Positions 53,888-64,000 of a stretch of 64,000 nucleotides of DNA are shown piece after piece. A model generated the notes under the pieces. The model saw only the letters and a program-made list of their open reading frames with translations. It was not told where the DNA came from and searched no databases. This DNA is from Podarcis melisellensis (Eukaryota): assembly GCA_964234715.1 (NCBI GenBank), contig OZ174284.1; one strand, written 5' to 3'. The translations under genes and the position numbers were made by a program. Positions within the stretch are counted from its first letter, which is position 1; each line of letters opens with the position of its first letter.

Positions 53888-54434
53888 GTGTCTGGCAAGC
53901 GGGATGTGTCGTCACGCTTGTTCATGTTGTGAGGGTGTTTCTCTATCTCGATGGCTTCCATGATTATTCTCTTGTGGTGATGTTCCATGTTAAAGAGCAA
54001 TTTGGAATCTGCAAAATTAATTTCGTGTCCTGTTTCTTTCATGTGTTGGAAAAGAGAGGAAGTTTTTTTCTTCTTTTTTGACGGCATTCTTGTGTTCCGC
54101 TTGCCAGACATCTGGAAATTAGCCCTCCCCACAAAAACTGACACCAGATCCAGAGGCACACAGAACGCCATCACCAATCAACCACACCAGACCCAAACCC
54201 AGACCCTCTCCACAGATAAATTACAGACACCATCCAGTAGCCAAACCATGGTGGCACCTCCGGATGCTGCACCCCCCTGCAATCCCTACACAGATCTGGC
54301 TGACACAGGCCACAAAACCACAGCTCGCCCCTATACACGAAGCCAAGCCAGAGCACAACTAAGTGCAGTACAGCCATCTTCTCAGAAAAACTCTTCACAA
54401 AGTTCAAGAGGTCAAGACACAAAGACTTTAGCAA

Positions 54435-54758
54435 CTAATCCACACCTAATGACCCACCTAAGTGGTACTCAGGATATCACTCAAGAAATCACTCAAGATA
54501 CCCCTCAAGTAATTAAGGAACAAAAGAAGAAAAGGCACACTAGCCTGGGAACTTCCTCTCTGCCCAGAACATTGGAGGCTATACACCACACCCCCTCAAC
54601 AGTATTTATAGGAACTCAAACACTGAGATCCTGATCTGTTCCAGTAACAAGAAGCCGAAAGCACCAGCCTGAAGATGACGAGTGAGACCTCGTCGAAACG
54701 TCGCCTAGACACCCCAACTTTTACACGGGAAGACACCCGAGGACACCAAAACCTGCAT
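54435..54758 (+). repeat. Right arm of 324-bp inverted repeat
   Basis: Partner of 53564-53887. Confidence 0.95.
54662..54710 (+). ncRNA. Minimal type I hammerhead ribozyme motif (PLE type), sense to HIPK2
   Basis: CUGAAGA (54669-75), U, stem II GACGAG/CUCGUC with a 6-nt loop, GAAAC, GUC; predicted cleavage after 54702. Helix III is reduced to the palindrome ACGU; helix I is weak. Confidence 0.8.
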
Positions 54759-54784
54759 TCCTGTACCCGTGAAAATCTACGAAA

Positions 54785-54786
<2 letters not shown>

Positions 54787-54834
<48 letters not shown>
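54787..54834. repeat. (AT)n microsatellite, PLE target site (left part at 53544-53565)
   Basis: Directly visible. Confidence 0.95.
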
Positions 54835-54838
<4 letters not shown>

Positions 54839-57356
54839 TAGCTTGAGATACTTAAATCCCTGCTTGACAGAATCTTGGAGAAAATGGTAATCTTGATTTT
54901 GAAGTGGCAAAAGGCATGAACTTGCAAGGATGGATTTGTCTCTGCAGCTTCGATATCAATACCGTATGTAGTTTGCTTGGTGGTGAGGAAGAACCATTGA
55001 ATATTAACCATCACAGACAGGCTCTTTGCATCACTTGAAGTTTGTTCCCACCAATAGAGAGGCTGGCTGGCATTCAATGAGCCTTAGCATTCACCCTAAG
55101 TATTTTAATTAACAGGCGCTCCACTGTGGCATGAATGCTTGATGCCTCGTTGCTAGCCCATTCTGGCCGTCAAGATGGTGTAATTAGAGCAGGGAGGACA
55201 AGGCAGGGCAATCATCTGGTGGTGTAGGAACAAGCTTTCCCCGCCACCTCCTCTGTCACTGTTTGGCCACTGCCAAGGGAAAGGGTCACGACTCAAATGT
55301 CCCTGTACTACGTGGCATGTTATGAACGTGAACTTTTTGCCCTCTCAAGTTACTGTACTCAGATGTAGCTTGCCTGTAAGGAACTGCTCCAGGACTTGCT
55401 TAAAATTAGCCATTCACATTTTTGTGCCGCGTTTGTGACAGACTAAGGATGTGTACGCATTGCTAGCTTAATGTGCAGCGAGGTGGTTCTTTTTCTGAGT
55501 TTGGATCGAAGCTTTTGGAGGGAGAATCCATAAAAATGCAGTGTTTCTCAAGAAACAACAGGATAGATACAGGATATGGATTGTGATTAACATCTTATGT
55601 ATACTTCCCAAACCAGCAGTGCAAGTGTACCGAATGCAGAATAAAAGGGAATGTGTACACAGCCTAAGGATCTCTCTTGGGTTCCCTACCCCTGAGTTAA
55701 ATGATCTTTGGTAGCAGGGATTGGGGAAATGTCAGTGATAAGAAAGGCAGTTGTGGATTGAAAGCTTGGAACCAGGAGTCTGTGCGCAGGAGCCACAGTG
55801 GATATGCTTGATCTAGAAACCTTTACAGTACTCGCAGGACAGGGGGAACCAGTGACTAGGCAGGGTGGGGCAGGTTATTCTGGACTGTAGCAGACGCAGA
55901 TGTAGGGGAGCGTGACCAATTCAGTTGCAGTTGGGCACGGAGCCTTGGGAGCTCTGCAACTGTTATGTACAATGGAAGGCAAGAGGCAGGGGTGCCAAAA
56001 TCTGGTGTAGCACAAGGCACCACTGAAATCTGACACAGCAAGGTCCACCACTGACTGTAGGAACACTTCACAACCCAGGGAACATCCTCAGCTTGCAGTT
56101 CCAGTGACTCACCCTGTAGGATAGCAGGATATACATCTGTGGTTTCCCAAGCCACGGTACCTTCTGACCAAAATACTTCTCCCTAAAACCTCAGATGGAT
56201 GGATGGTATTTTCTGCAATCCTCAGTTACGGTACATGGGCTAGTGGAGCCATTTACACAACAGTGACTGGGATTGAAGCATAATGCTGCGGAAGGACCAT
56301 GCCTTAGAGACTGAGTGCAACATTTGCATGCAGAAGACATTGGGTTCCATCCCTGGCATCCTTTAAAAAGGATCAGTAGGAGGTGAGATAGGAAAGACCT
56401 CCATCCTGAGGCTCTGTTGCCAGTCTAGCATCCCAGGGCTAGATAGATAGATAGACTGACCTGGTATAAGGCAACTCCGTGTGTTCCTCGTGTGACCTTG
56501 TGCTGCTTAGTTTGCTCAAGCGGTTTATTTTAGAAAAAGCCTGTCTGCTTCTCTGATTTTGTTATTGAACTTACGAATATGAAGTCAAGGTCATGTAGAG
56601 TTCTTCCATGGAAAGCATTTCCATAATCCCTTTTATAAAACCAGCATCTTATTGCAACCAGATGGGTATACAGACTTTGCAGATGTGTTCTTGGTTGCAG
56701 AATGTAAGCATGCCTCAAATGGCCTGGGTTCTTTTGTGTGTCTCAGTCCAAACAGTTTGACCACAGCATATTGTTATTTTCAGCCAAAAGCCCTTGGGGA
56801 CAGGCAGAGAAGCCACTTCCTAATGAGCATATTGTATTAATTCAGTGAAACAAAAAGATTGCTTCACCTGTATGGATGGACGAACGTGTCACTCTCTCCG
56901 TTTCTTGCTTTTCTAGTCTTAAATTCAGTTTGCCCCGCTTCTCCATCAGCTTTGTTTGTTTTTGTTGTCGAGTCCTCATGAAAATTAATGTTTCAGAACC
57001 TATTTGTCCCAATACAATAGACACATTTTTGCAAGCAATGCTTCTCAATAGCATAGATTTTTATGCACACCTTCTCCTATTAGACACATTTCCGTACACT
57101 TATTTTGTTCGCTTGGAGAAATGCATCACAACGTTTGGAGAATTTTGAAGGATAACTGCATTTCACTTTACATATTATTTAAGGTAGTGCAAATTAGGTA
57201 GGCTTGTATCAAAAGATGAACTAAACTGAACTTTCTCCCCATCTCCTAGTCTTGTGTCATGGTAGGGAAACAATTGTCAACATTCTGCCAGGCAGAGATG
57301 GGGAGAAATGGATTTCTGGCTCCCAGAGCAAACAGAGCTCCAGACACATCCTAGGG

Positions 57357-58350
57357 CAGTGTTTCCCAACCAGTGTTCCGCGGCACACTAGTGTGCCGCG
57401 AGACGTTGCCTGGTGTGCCGCGGGAAAAATTAAAAAATTCGAAAGATATCCAGAGAGGCGGCCTTCAGGCGAGTTTTAATTTTAATTTTCCTTCTCCCGC
57501 TTAATGCCCCACGCTCGCCCGAGCAGCTTGCAGTCCTCGTTAACCACGGCGACCCGAGGGAGGGGAGGGAACAGGGAAGTCGAGGGCGGCGGCGAGCCGC
57601 GATGACGTCAGTGGGCCGCGCCGCCTCGCCCTGGCACGGTGTGAGAGCCCCGGCTAGTGGCGCGAGCTTCGGAATAAGTGGGATCCGCGTGCGCGAGACC
57701 GAGATCGCGGGTAAGGAGCTCAGCCCTGGGCAGGAGGAAGCGGGGCCGCGCGTGCGGGCCACATCCCCACAGAGAGCGAGCCTCCCCTGGCCCACCACTC
57801 CGGGCAGGTCCACTCGCATGAGGGGGCGGCGATGGCGACGGCCAGCAGCTTGCCTGCAATGCCATCCCTCGAGCAGGCGAGGAGCCCGGAGGCTACCAGA
57901 TGCGAGTCCTCTTTCCCACCCTGCTCGGGAGTCCAGAGCACTTGGTCGCATTCAGGATCTAGAGTGGGGAAGCGGGGCTTGTGTCTGGGCTGGACACATT
58001 GGGCTGCCTGTGCCGCTCGACCTGTGGGGAGAAATCAGGGTGGGAGTCACGACCGTGAGGCAGGGCTGCCAAGTGTGGCAGAAGAGGACACGGCCGTCGC
58101 ACCTGTCCTTAGGTAGGAGCTTCTTCCGTGTCGACCTGCTGCCCTAAAGTCTTGGCTTTTTTCTTGGCTTTTTGGCGGTTGGCACAGAAGGAAGGCAAGG
58201 GGGAGGGAAAAAAATTGAAACTTACACTTTCGTGCGTCCCTCCCGGCGTGACGCTGCGCGCTGACGTCATGGGGCTGTAATGGTGGTGTGCCTCGAGATT
58301 TTTTTCATGAAACAAGTGTGCCTTTGCCCAAAAAAGGTTGGGAAACACTG
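57357..58350. mobile_element. Non-autonomous hAT (Charlie-like) element, 994 bp, GC/CpG-rich interior
   Basis: Perfect 15-bp TIR CAGTGTTTCCCAACC / GGTTGGGAAACACTG; perfect 8-bp TSD TCCTAGGG; subterminal 22-bp palindrome at 57379-57400; no transposase-like ORF. Confidence 0.95.
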
Positions 58351-58741
58351 TCCTAGGGCCTTGTCGTTGCCATTTTTTTAGCCCAGCTGCTACCAGTAAC
58401 TCTACATTTTTCTCTTTGTTCTTTGGTGCTCAAGTTATTTGCATTTTTAAAGGACTGTTAGTTTCTTACAGTTCATAATTTCCAGCTGCTTATCTTCCAC
58501 ACCTGAAGTCACGGCCATTCCACTAAGTGGCATGCCATCGGTTCATGTGGAATACATTAGAATTTCCGATGTGGCCGAACTGTGACTATTTATTTATTTG
58601 CACGATCTCTGTTCCGTGCCAACAGCAATGTCCTTTAGACGGTTAACAGATATACTGTATATTAAAACCCACAGAATTAAAGAATTATAAGTTCAGGTGA
58701 GAAAATAAGCAGCAGGAGATAATGAACTTCTAGAAAAAGAG

Positions 58742-58758
58742 TCTTTCTTTTCTTTTCT

Positions 58759-58813
<55 letters not shown>
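58742..58813. repeat. (CTTT)n microsatellite
   Basis: Directly visible. Confidence 0.95.
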
Positions 58814-58814
<1 letters not shown>

Positions 58815-59486
58815 ATGCCTCAACAAATGAAAAAGGAAGAAAGCAAGCAGGATGCAAGCCCTTTTTTTCTTGGCATCAATGTCTTTCTGAAAGCATCATC
58901 AGCTCTTTATGTTTCTTGGTGATTTTCCAGTGAAGCAGGTGCGTTACCTTTCAAGCTTCAGAGCAAATGCATATTCAAGAATGTTCCTGCTGAAACTGGC
59001 ACTCTGGCTCCTTCCTTTCCCACTTCAATCCATTCATCTCTCTTGCCATGTGATCCTCAAAGCACACACCTTAATTTATTTTAGTCTCAGTATGTAAAAT
59101 GGGAGCAGGGCTGGCCTTAGACATTTTTCCTCCTCTCACTTAAAGCATTAGAAAGTTCAGTTGCTGCTGTTTTAAAAAAACGGGGTCTGGAGCTAAAAAA
59201 AGAGCAAGAAACAAAAATGCATGTGTTCTGCAATCAGCTTCCTGCAGTGACTATTTCAAGATGCTACAGAGGAAAGCCATCTCTGATTGTGGGAAGGAGG
59301 TGATGCTTCCTTTCTCCTTTCCACTGTAGTCCATAGCCTACATAGCTAGTATACTGCCAATCTGTACTTTCAATTCTCTTTTCAGACCTGTGTTTAATTC
59401 TTAGGGGGGACTAGGGCTCGAGGGTGGAGTCTCAAACTGTGTAGTGTTCTAGTTCACCCAATAAGTAAAGTAAAAACACATTATTA

Positions 59487-59696
59487 CAGTGGTTACAGAC
59501 GCTTCGGGTTACAGACTCCGCTAACCCAGAAATAATACCTCGGGTTAAGAACTTTGCTTCAGGATGAGAACAGAAATCGCGCAGCGGTGGTATGGTGGCA
59601 GCGGGAGGCCCCATTAGCTAAGTGGTGCTTCAGGTTAAGAACAGGTTAAGAACAGACCTTCAGAACAAATTAAGTTCTTAACCCGAGGTACCACTG
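59487..59696. mobile_element. Tc1/mariner MITE family A, orientation A, left TIR damaged
   Basis: Body and right TIR match family A. Confidence 0.9.
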
Positions 59697-59707
59697 TATT
59701 GTTATTA

Positions 59708-59906
59708 CAGTGTTACATATGCTTCAGGTTACAGACTCCGCTAACCCAGAAATAGTACCTCGGGTAAAGAACTTTGCTTCAGGATGAGAACAGAAATCGT
59801 GCTCTGGCGGCATGGCGGCAGCGGGAGGCCCCATTAGCGAAAGTGGTACCTCAGGTTAAGGACGGACCTCCAGAATGAATTAAGTTCTTAACCCGAGGTA
59901 GCACTG
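59708..59906. mobile_element. Tc1/mariner MITE family A, orientation A, tandem second copy
   Basis: Same family; 11 bp from the previous copy. Confidence 0.9.
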
Positions 59907-61424
59907 TATTTTAAAGAGGGGATGGGATACGATGCTAGGGGTTTGGAGCCTCTGGGCCATTCCTTAACAACACCCTTCGCTGTATGTAAATAGGCATTTT
60001 CTCTATATTTGGAGGCCAAGAGGCTACAGAGTATTCTGCTGTGGTAGAAAATCTGTAGTGTATTTGTGGGCTTGGAACTCCATGGCACTGCACCTTGCCA
60101 AATGAATGGAGCTGGGTTGTAAATGGAGGATTCTGAACAAGTGCAGGTAAATGGCCTGAACAAGAGCTTCATTAATACTTAAAAAAATAGAAAGGTTCAG
60201 GTTTCGGGAACTGTTCAGCCCATGATTCAGCACCTGTAAGTTTCTGCCACATTTCCTGCTCTCACTGCACCTGCAGTGTTCCAAATTAACCACAGATGGA
60301 CTGGCAGAGGCTTAATGGCAGCCAACTGGCAAGAAGAAGCTGACAGGTACCGAGTGCCACCCACAATACCCTGGGGTTTCAGACTCAACCACTCCCATTC
60401 ACTGCAGTGGGGCACAGCTCAAAGTCCCCTAGAAATGAATGGAGGGTGCTCAGCTTAAGCGCTGCCATGATAGGAGATTGCCCAGGGGGCAGTGTGGTGT
60501 CGTGGTTAGAGCGTTGGACTTAGCGCATGGATATCCAGCTTTAAAACCCTAGATAGCCACAAAAATTGGAGACCTTAGACTCGTCTGTGTAGTGGGCAGG
60601 GGCATATGCACTGGGATGGTGGGAGCAGACCTTGTGTGTGTGTGCACGTGCTCCCCGCCTCCAAATGGATATACATTCACGTGTTCAGGCAAATAAATGC
60701 CTTTTGTCTGCATGTATTCAAATATATGTTCACACCAATGATACCTGGAAACTTGTTTTCAAAGAGACTGTATTTTTAGTAGTCCAAATTCTGGACTCTA
60801 CATGAATTGTATTACAGAAGATAAGCAACCTTTCACTGGGAAAGGTTTAATTCTTAATTTATTTAGGGAGCTTACTGCAAGAATGCTTGAGGACTTTTTG
60901 AAAAATGTGTCAGCTCATAATTAGTTTTTAGCAAGGAAGTACACTCGAGTACCATCCCTTTCCATTGCTTCAGTTCTAGATGCTTTTTAAAACGCAGATT
61001 ACATTGCCTCCTGTGTCAGCTCTGCAGTGGTGTTTGATGAATCCAGACTCTATCCACTTGTCTTTACATGCTCGCCTTTAAATGCTCCCCACTTGTCTAG
61101 GAGGAGAAATTAGCAGTTTTGTCAAACGCCAAGGGGCTGAGGGATTTTTAGAGCAGAGCTCAGTTGCTAGATGTGGCTTTTGGCTGTATTACAGGATTTG
61201 CAGTTCCTTTCACCAACCACCTGTGATGTTGGTGCGGCAAATAAGAAATTAGTTAATGTGTAGGGATTTGGACCCACTGTTTCTGTTTACTCTTTAAGAT
61301 GCAAATCCATTGGCAGAGTCAACCTCAGGGCATGGCAGCAGTTAGGGGCTGTGAGAACAGGCCCCAGTCTTCAACTGGAAAAAAAAGAACATGGCCCAAA
61401 CAAAAAAAACAAACAAACCCTAAT

Positions 61425-61647
61425 ATAGTCGTAACAATCCATTCGACTTTCAAAACGTTCAGAAACCAAACCATGGCTTTTGATTGGCTGCAGGGAGCTC
61501 CTGCAGCCAATTGGAAGCTGCGGAAGCCCCGTCGGACGTTCGGCTTCCAAAAATAGTTTGCAAACTGGAACAGTCACTTCGGAGTTTGCGGCGTTCAGAA
61601 GCCAAAACATTCGAGAACTAAGCTGTTTGAAAACCAAGGTGCAACTG
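61425..61647. mobile_element. Tc1/mariner MITE family C, inverted relative to the 27402 copy
   Basis: Shares gattggctgcagg.agctcctgcagccaat and gtcggacgtt; right TIR aaccaaggtgcaactg. Confidence 0.8.
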
Positions 61648-62649
61648 CAAATGTCAAAAGGCTCAATCAAACGTTTTAACCATCTTTTTCTTTACACACA
61701 TTTTCTTTCAGGTTTCCGATTTTAACGTACCAGAGCAGTGTGGCTTAGAACACATTTCCCTTTAACTCTTGCGATAATTCTAGTCTAGCTAGGCATGCCC
61801 AGCCACTTAGAAGGCTGTTTTCTATGGTGGTGAGGCGTGTGGTTTGAACAGTTTGTAGAGAAGCAAGCGGAACATAAATTATTGAAGGCAACCCAGTAGT
61901 CTTTCTTTGCGTTCTTCCCTTGCTTTATTACATTTTTAGCTTACTCACTTGACCTGCCCTTTTTCACAAAGCCAGATAACATACAGATATGTGGAGAATC
62001 TTTCCAATCGCTCTCAGCCTGCCTTCTCCTGGAGCTATCAATAAGAGCCTTGACATGACAAGCTGAGAGTGTGAAGGGAAAAGAAACACATGATTGTGTA
62101 TGACCTGATGTATGAAATGAAACGTTACAAGAGCTTCAGGAGAAGCAGGCTGTGCCTCTTAGAGTGCCTGGCTCTGTGAACCAATTAGTTTCTAAGGTGC
62201 CCCTGCACTTTTTATCTTTTCTTTCCCGGTCAGGAAAGAGATCGGCGGCTAAATCTTCAGCAAGTAAAACACTCAAAAAGAACGTCTCCACCACAGAGTT
62301 TAAGGATAACTAATCTCTGAAACTATATAGTATGTACTGAATTGCATGTTGCTATTGTAGGCCTGTCCTGAGGTGATGACATTAATTAAGGCAGCGGTTG
62401 TATACCCACTTAGCTAAGTGGGATTTGTGTCTGAGCAGACATATATAGAAATGTGCTGTGAGCCATAAACATTTCAGTGCAACTAGGAACTAGTGGGGGG
62501 GGGGGAGAAAATCCACTCAGTTCATGTTTAAAAGCAGGCCTACCTAATTCACACTTTCTGAAACAATAAACGAACCAAACCATAGCAGTTCTTTGAAACC
62601 TGCACTTCTCTGAATTTTGCAATGCAGTTTTCCAGTCAAGTCATATGTA

Positions 62650-62927
62650 AAGGTAAAGGTAAAGGGACCCCTGACCGTTAGGTCCAGTCGTGGAAGACTC
62701 TGGGGTTGCGGCACTCATCTTGCTTTACTGGCCGAGGGAGCCAGCGTACAGCTTCCAGGTCATGTGGCCAGCATGACTAAGCCACTTCTGGCGAACCAGA
62801 GCAGCGCACGGAAACGCCATTTACCTTCCCGCTGGAGCGGTACCTATTTATCTACTTGCACTTTGACATGCTTTTGAACTGCTAGGTTGGCAGGAGCAGG
62901 GACTGAGCAACGGGAGCTCACCCTGTC
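62650..62927 (-). mobile_element. Sauria SINE, 5'-truncated
   Basis: (ACCTTT)n tail; perfect 13-bp TSD CAAGTCATATGTA at 62637-49 and 62928-40. Confidence 0.93.
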
Positions 62928-63536
62928 CAAGTCATATGTACAAAAATGCAAATGCTAGCGTAAAATGTGCAGAAAATGCATATATTATTGAAAACAGCAT
63001 ATAAAGATGCATTCTGTTAGCAGCGTTCAAAACTTCCATTGTTCTAGGCGCATTTTGCAACAGGGAATTTCATTAGCGAGAGCAGTTTCTGAGCTCTGGG
63101 CACAGTACTGTGCCTAAGATTTCAGATTAAGACTGCAGAGTGGAAGGAAAGCAGGACCTTTTTCTGCCTCCCCACTTCCAGCTACTCTCTGAAGACTGGA
63201 GAAGAGGGTGTATGCAGGGGAAGGACTAGACCAAGTGAAAAATGAGCATAATATTTTGACTGCTGTTCATTCATTTTCAGCTTTGTATTCTTGTTATAAA
63301 AAAGTGTGCCTAGACATTCCATTGTTGCACCCATAACCTAGGCTTAAGGTGCCATATAGTTTCTAGCTTTCATATCTCAGTTTCTAACACTCTGTTAGGG
63401 AACAGTGCTTTCCAGAAATGTGTATATTAGGCAAAAATGCATAGAAACATACATACGTTAGGAGAAATTCACACAAAATGTGGGTGAATTTTCATGAGGA
63501 CTTTTTTTTTAAAAAAGCAAATTGGTATAAAATGTA

Positions 63537-64000
63537 CCGTATTTTTTGCCCTATAGGACGCACCGTCCCATAAGGCGCACCTAGTTTTTTGGGGGGGAAA
63601 TAAAGGGGAAAAAATTATTCCCCCCCCAGGCGCGGGGCTGGGGCGGGGGAGGCCCGCCGGAGCTTCCCCTGACCCCAGCCCCCAAACAGGCAGCTCTCTG
63701 CAAGCCGTGGGAGCCCAGGGCTGGCTCCCGCCGCTTGCGGAGAGGTCCGCGAAGCCTGGACGTGCTGAGCTCAGCGCACGCAGGCTTCGGCATGCAGGCA
63801 CCTCTCCGCAAGCGGCGGGAGCGCTCTCCCTGCTTGCGGAGAGGTCCGCAAAGCCTGGACGTGCTGAGCTCAGCGCGCGCAGGCTTTGGCATGCAGGCAC
63901 CTCTCCGCAAGCGGCAGGAGCGCTCCCCCCGCTTGCGGAGAGGTGCGCGAAGCTTGGACGCGCTGAGCTCAGCACGCCCAGGCTTCCGCATGCAGGCACC
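63537..64000. mobile_element. Tc1/mariner (Tc2-like) non-autonomous element running off the window
   Basis: TA + CCGTATTTTTTGCCCTATAGGACGCAC terminus related to the 49857 MITE; right end not in the window. Confidence 0.75.
63724..64000. repeat. 99-bp GC-rich tandem repeat, at least 2.7 copies
   Basis: GCTTGCGGAGAGGT recurs at 63733, 63832 and 63931. Confidence 0.95.

Larger units (their letters stand above)
53564..54786. mobile_element. Penelope-like retroelement (PLE), truncated, with an inverted pLTR segment, inserted in (TA)n
   Basis: GIY-YIG endonuclease C-terminal peptide EHKNAVKKEEK/TSSLFQHMKETGHEINF...RIIMEAIEIEKHPHNMNKRDD on the minus strand (53888-54087), continued as RLPDIWKLAL on + from 54088; 324-bp inverted repeats; hammerhead motifs; (AT)n on both sides. 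Confidence 0.92.

Noticed and set aside
53987-54634. 215-aa ORF as a novel gene
   Set aside because: Chimeric across the Penelope inversion junction; low-complexity PLE ORF tail.
55752-56155. Possible second solo LTR (tgtggattg...caagccacg)
   Set aside because: Termini are only loosely complementary and no TSD was found.
57430-58147. 173-aa and 181-aa ORFs in the hAT element as a transposase
   Set aside because: No hAT transposase motifs; long frames are expected in GC-rich DNA.
63469-63999. Repetitive 176-aa and 136-aa ORFs
   Set aside because: A consequence of a GC-rich 99-bp (3n) tandem repeat.

Overview
Vertebrate genomic DNA, CpG-depleted and repeat-rich. Sauria SINEs with (ACCTTT)n tails identify a squamate reptile, probably a lacertid lizard (inference). 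The window lies inside the HIPK2 gene on the + strand: about 50.7 kb of upstream intron, the 1093-nt coding exon 2 (50763-51855, N-terminus plus most of the kinase domain) and about 12 kb of the next intron. No other confident host coding exon was found. The remainder is transposon-derived (Sauria and other tRNA-derived SINEs, CR1 and L1 fragments, Tc1/mariner and hAT MITEs with readable TSDs, a solo-LTR-like element, a Penelope-like retroelement), microsatellites and unique non-coding sequence. Highlights: (1) a young Penelope-like insertion in intron 2 with two minimal hammerhead-ribozyme motifs inside a 324-bp near-perfect inverted repeat, so the sense-strand motif could be masked by its own antisense copy; (2) a 994-bp hAT element with a CpG-rich, promoter-like interior (possible captured cargo); (3) a candidate alternative upstream HIPK2 exon whose donor phase matches exon 2 but which has ATC in place of an ATG; (4) circRNA-favouring architecture around exon 2, with a predicted back-splice ORF carrying a novel 19-aa tail; (5) an in-frame stop and AATAAA just after the exon 2 donor. 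Repeat family names come from recalled consensus motifs, not database searches.
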